Shown one piece after another: positions 34,134 to 37,575 of a stretch of 37,575 nt of DNA (position 1 is the stretch's first letter; each line of letters begins with the position of its first letter). Under the pieces are notes generated by a model. It had not been told where the DNA came from and did no database searches. It saw nothing but the letters and a program-made list of their open reading frames with translations. The stretch covers positions 1 to 37,575 of IMG/VR virus record IMGVR_UViG_3300029317_000052, one strand, 5' to 3'. This DNA is from a virus. Lineage: Duplodnaviria; Caudoviricetes. The position numbers and the translations under genes were made by a program.

Positions 34134-36416
34134 TTAAAGCGCGTCACCAGTTAGGTTCGAGTCTGTTTGGTGGCGTGCTTCTTCTAAAAATTTGTTAATT
34201 CTTCTCGCTGCCATGACATGGCTACGCAAATAATCTTTAAACCATTTATTTTCTTTTTCCGTTAATGCTGTATGCACTGATTTACGGGCATGTTCCCAGG
34301 CAATTTCTAATTCTGAGCGAGTCAATTTGGCGTTATTTTCAGCCGTCATTGCTTGCTGTCGGCTACGCTGTTCACGTCTTGCAGCAATAGCAGTAAGCTC
34401 AGCTTCGCTATAATTAGGTTTATCATTGTCATCGCCTATGGCTGAAATAGGTTTGTAATCATCAAGTGCTGACAACATGCCATTTTCATTAGGTAAACTA
34501 GGTTTAGGAAATGCCGCTAAGCTGCTGTTCTGGGCTTTGTGGTAGGCCAATTCTTTGGCGTGAATATCATCAATACCAAATATTTCAGCATATTCTTTTG
34601 CGGATTTTCGAAATTTACTCAGTACTTTACGTTCAGCTTTACGACGTTCAGCAAAGGCTTGTGGACTGATCTCGTTGCCAATTAGCTCTTGGTTAACGGC
34701 CTCTATCCAACTGGTATCTTCACCAATAGCATCAAGTGGATATAAAACCGCGCGGCCAACATCACTTGGATCAATAAATACTCGTACTTTTTTGCGATCC
34801 CATACGGCTTCCATCAATTCAGGGGCGGTATATTTCACGCTACCGGCTTTAACAATGCCGCGTATAACCGTTGCTTCACCAATAAAGTTAAGCAGTAAGT
34901 TGAGTGCATCTGGGTTAGTTATCATGCGTGGTTGATATGCAGATTGCTGATAGATATTAAAAGGCGTATCACCTAACTCGCTATGTACGCTGTGGTGATA
35001 GTTATACTCCATCCATTCATCAAAGAATTGCTGTAGTTCAGTACTGGTAAGCTTTAACTCCTCAACTTTTTTATCATCACGAGTTTCTTTTTTACTAATA
35101 CGCTCAGCAAAGCTTTTTGCTGCTTCAATTTGTTTTCTGTCTGAAACATTGTGACCAATATAACTAGGTAGTTTTTCAACAATAGAGTGGCTTAACGTTC
35201 TGAAAAAACGTTCAACAAAGGGCTTTTCCCAACCTGAATAGGCTTTAGTTCTGTGCTGATTATTTTCAAGCATGTCAAACAAAGCACCAACACGCTTACT
35301 AACATAATCACTACCATTATCAGTAACCGCTAAGCCATCTTCATTGAGCATGCCCCAATCAAGTATGGTTTTGCGCAGTAGTAAACAAATACCCTCGCTG
35401 TTTGATGTTTTCGCTACCCATAATTTAACGCGACGAGTAAAAACATCAATAACGGCAATAATGCTATGACGGCCATCTTTAAGCATGACATCGGCAGGGG
35501 TTGAATCGAACTCCCAAATATCATTGGGTGCTGCAAGGCGTTGGTGCATATAAGCAGTACCATATAAAGGTCTATGACTACTGTTATAAGCATCAGGGTT
35601 AGTGACGAAGGCAAATTCAGCGCTATGCTTTCTTACCCAACTATTTACCCAACGTTGCACGCTGCTTATTGAAGGAATTTCCCAGTACGGATAATCGGTT
35701 TGCTGCATTACTACTAACGACTGGTGAATGGCTTTAGGCTTACTAGCTAGATGAGGCATTTTGCATAAAAAACCCATTAAAAATTGCTCAACTTCGTCTT
35801 GTTGGTTAATAACTGATTTACCACGAGTGCTCGTGTAGTTTCCTGCTAAGGCAGACAAGCCTCCGTTATCAAGATGATTTTTCCAACGGTACTTAAAGTT
35901 CTTTGAAATAGTTTTAACCGCGCTATAAATCCACTGCGGCAATTCAAGCGAACGAGCTTTATATTCAGTTAAAAACTGGTGTAAGCCATCAACTTCTTTA
36001 CCAACAGATTTGTGTGGCACGATATAAACCTCATAAGCTTTCATGATCAGTAGCTTAGCTTCAGCTCTTGTTTGTGACTTTTTAGGTAAACAATTAAAAT
36101 CTATAGCACCCTGCACTTTTACCGCTTGTTTTTGCTCTTTATCAACAACAGCTTGACGTGTTAACTCTGCCGCCAGCTGTCGCGCTGATAATACTGGTGC
36201 GGTATTAGTTTCAACTAACGTTTGAGCCGCTTGCTTGGCTAAAAATTGCTGCGTAGCTTGTGGTAAAGAATTGATGTGGTATTCATGACCTTTACCAACA
36301 GAACACTTCCTTTTTTGCCAACTTTCTTTCGCTGCTTTCAAGCGAATATTTCTAGCGTTATTTGGTGTCCCTGGTAAGTCAGAAATTTCTAATGCTGTGA
36401 ACCAATCCTTAGCCAT
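34134..36416 (-). CDS. MuA-like DDE transposase
   Basis: N-terminal Mu DNA-binding domain (WFTA.E...LPG.P...W..R...EYH..SLP); catalytic motifs WEFDST, TDNGSDY and KPFVERFF. Confidence 0.96.
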   Translation of the reverse strand: MAKDWFTALEISDLPGTPNNARNIRLKAAKESWQKRKCSVGKGHEYHINSLPQATQQFLAKQAAQTLVETNTAPVLSARQLAAELTRQAVVDKEQKQAVKVQGAIDFNCLPKKSQTRAEAKLLIMKAYEVYIVPHKSVGKEVDGLHQFLTEYKARSLELPQWIYSAVKTISKNFKYRWKNHLDNGGLSALAGNYTSTRGKSVINQQDEVEQFLMGFLCKMPHLASKPKAIHQSLVVMQQTDYPYWEIPSISSVQRWVNSWVRKHSAEFAFVTNPDAYNSSHRPLYGTAYMHQRLAAPNDIWEFDSTPADVMLKDGRHSIIAVIDVFTRRVKLWVAKTSNSEGICLLLRKTILDWGMLNEDGLAVTDNGSDYVSKRVGALFDMLENNQHRTKAYSGWEKPFVERFFRTLSHSIVEKLPSYIGHNVSDRKQIEAAKSFAERISKKETRDDKKVEELKLTSTELQQFFDEWMEYNYHHSVHSELGDTPFNIYQQSAYQPRMITNPDALNLLLNFIGEATVIRGIVKAGSVKYTAPELMEAVWDRKKVRVFIDPSDVGRAVLYPLDAIGEDTSWIEAVNQELIGNEISPQAFAERRKAERKVLSKFRKSAKEYAEIFGIDDIHAKELAYHKAQNSSLAAFPKPSLPNENGMLSALDDYKPISAIGDDNDKPNYSEAELTAIAARREQRSRQQAMTAENNAKLTRSELEIAWEHARKSVHTALTEKENKWFKDYLRSHVMAARRINKFLEEARHQTDSNLTGDAL

Positions 36417-36636
36417 GTTTTACTCCTATTAAATCAAAACCAATTGTTTCTGATAGCTTTGTTAATATTTCTATAGCTAACTTACGCTTTGGCTTTCGCC
36501 CTGTTTCAGGGGCAAACCACTGCACATACTTCTGTACAGTTCTTGGCTTATAACCATTAGAAATAGCCCAAGACCTGCAACTCATGCCCTGAGCAAGGAG
36601 TGCTGCATGTATATGATTTGCTTTTTCTATCTGCAT
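36409..36636 (-). CDS. Ner/Cro-like early regulator
   Basis: 75-aa HTH-like protein; first early gene, divergent from the repressor. Confidence 0.75.
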   Translation of the reverse strand: MQIEKANHIHAALLAQGMSCRSWAISNGYKPRTVQKYVQWFAPETGRKPKRKLAIEILTKLSETIGFDLIGVKHG

Positions 36637-36665
36637 AAATATAAACTCATGTTATTATCTTAAAT

Positions 36666-36788
36666 GTTCGCAATGCGTAAGTTTTGTCGCATTTAATAAA
36701 TTACGCATTGCGTAACTTATGGAACATATTAGATCCGTTTCTTGCGCATTGCAATATATATTACGCGATCCGTTTCGTTTTTTACGCA
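36666..36788. promoter_or_regulatory. operator array, consensus TTACGCAwTGCGTAA
   Basis: Sites at 36666-36680 (13/15), 36701-36715 (perfect palindrome), 36742-36756 (11/15) and 36761-36775 (11/15); half-site at 36782-36788. Confidence 0.85.
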
Positions 36789-36899
36789 CCACGAATAAGA
36801 AAACAAACAAATGACTGATTTAAAAGAAAAAAGTAATACAACGGATCGGGATGATAAGAAAGGGATCTGTGATCCCTTACTTAATAATAGAAACGGATC
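36732..36899. repeat. six copies of a GAAACGGATC-like motif
   Basis: Exact: 36732-36741 (rc), 36767-36776 (rc), 36890-36899. Variants: 36838-36847, 36858-36867, 36871-36880 (rc). Confidence 0.85.
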
Positions 36900-37575
36900 T
36901 CTAGCGAGTAGAGTAGAACAGGCAATAAAACCTGACAGCATACGAGCTTTTGCGTCAAGAATTGATGTATCTGAAGGTACTTTACGCAGAATTCTAAAAG
37001 GTGAAGATCCAAAACTAAGTGTTGTTGAGAAAATAGCTATGGAGGCTAAAGTAAACTTCAATTGGCTTATTAAAGGTGTGTCTGGAGATGTTAGTCCTGC
37101 TGATAAATCTGATAATTCTTACGGCTGTGCCATCGTTGACGTAGCTGAATTTAATGAAGAGTATGTGCTTATACCTGGCTATCATGTATCTGTAAGCACA
37201 GGCCATGGCGCATTGAATGGTGATGCAGAAATTAAGCGTCAGCTAGCTTTTCGTAGCAAGTGGCTAAGGTTTAGAAAACTTAACGCTAAAGACCTAGCCG
37301 TTGTATTCGCTCACGGCGACTCGATGGAGCCAACCATCCATAACGGCAACAGCATATTAGTAGACTTATCTGACACTCAATTAAAAGACGGTTCTATCTA
37401 CGTACTACGTTTTGGCCAAGAACTCTACGCCAAACGCCTACAAAAACGCTTTGACGGCTCTGTATGCTTAATCAGCGATAACAAAGAGTATGACGAGCAA
37501 ATAGTAAAAGAAAACGAACTAGAGCAACTAGCCATCATTGGTAAAGTTGTTTGGATTGGTAAAGATTTATACTAA
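36811..37575 (+). CDS. CI-like repressor (XRE HTH + S24 peptidase)
   Basis: HTH SIRAFA.RI.VSEGTLRRIL; GDSMEP (catalytic Ser) and YAKRL (catalytic Lys). Confidence 0.95.
   Translation: MTDLKEKSNTTDRDDKKGICDPLLNNRNGSLASRVEQAIKPDSIRAFASRIDVSEGTLRRILKGEDPKLSVVEKIAMEAKVNFNWLIKGVSGDVSPADKSDNSYGCAIVDVAEFNEEYVLIPGYHVSVSTGHGALNGDAEIKRQLAFRSKWLRFRKLNAKDLAVVFAHGDSMEPTIHNGNSILVDLSDTQLKDGSIYVLRFGQELYAKRLQKRFDGSVCLISDNKEYDEQIVKENELEQLAIIGKVVWIGKDLY

Larger units (their letters stand above)
1..37575 (-). mobile_element. Mu-like transposable prophage with non-contractile (siphovirus-type) tail; termini outside window
   Basis: MuA-like DDE transposase, MuB-like ATPase, Mor, GemA and Mu gp25-gp36-like genes in Mu order. 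A tail tube gene is present but no sheath gene. Confidence 0.97.

Noticed and set aside
36666-36899. Clustered repeats as a CRISPR array or transposase end-binding sites
   Set aside because: Short, irregularly spaced and in mixed orientation, with no cas genes. They are internal to the repressor, whereas the ends should lie beyond it.
36729-37061. 110-aa minus-strand ORF with a signal-peptide-like start
   Set aside because: Antisense to the repressor HTH and operators; no independent support.
1-37575. Phage termini (TG...CA), mom, gin, tRNA or rRNA genes
   Set aside because: None recognised; the window is cut at the stop codons of its first and last genes.

Overview
The whole window is one Mu-like transposable (pro)phage. 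All genes are on the minus strand except a CI-type repressor at the right end. From right to left it carries: repressor and operators; a Ner/Cro-like gene; a DDE transposase (MuA-like); an AAA ATPase (MuB-like); small early genes including GemA/gp16 and a Mor/C activator; an AT-rich three-gene moron with its own promoter and terminator; an atypical lysis cassette; Mu-type terminase, portal, F, G, I/Z and T head genes; a non-contractile tail with a -1 frameshifted chaperone and a 1664-aa tape measure; and receptor-binding/spike genes. The window begins and ends on stop codons, so the phage termini are not visible. Family names come from motif recognition and gene order, not from database searches. 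Best leads: (1) a MuF head protein fused to an anthrax-lethal-factor-like zinc protease motif, with a coupled candidate immunity gene; (2) two late promoters with identical geometry, each with its -10 and start codon inside a co-varying hairpin; (3) an uncharacterised three-gene membrane moron; (4) a GATC-containing repeat array interleaved with the repressor operators; (5) RMF-like and TraR-like genes in the lysis operon.
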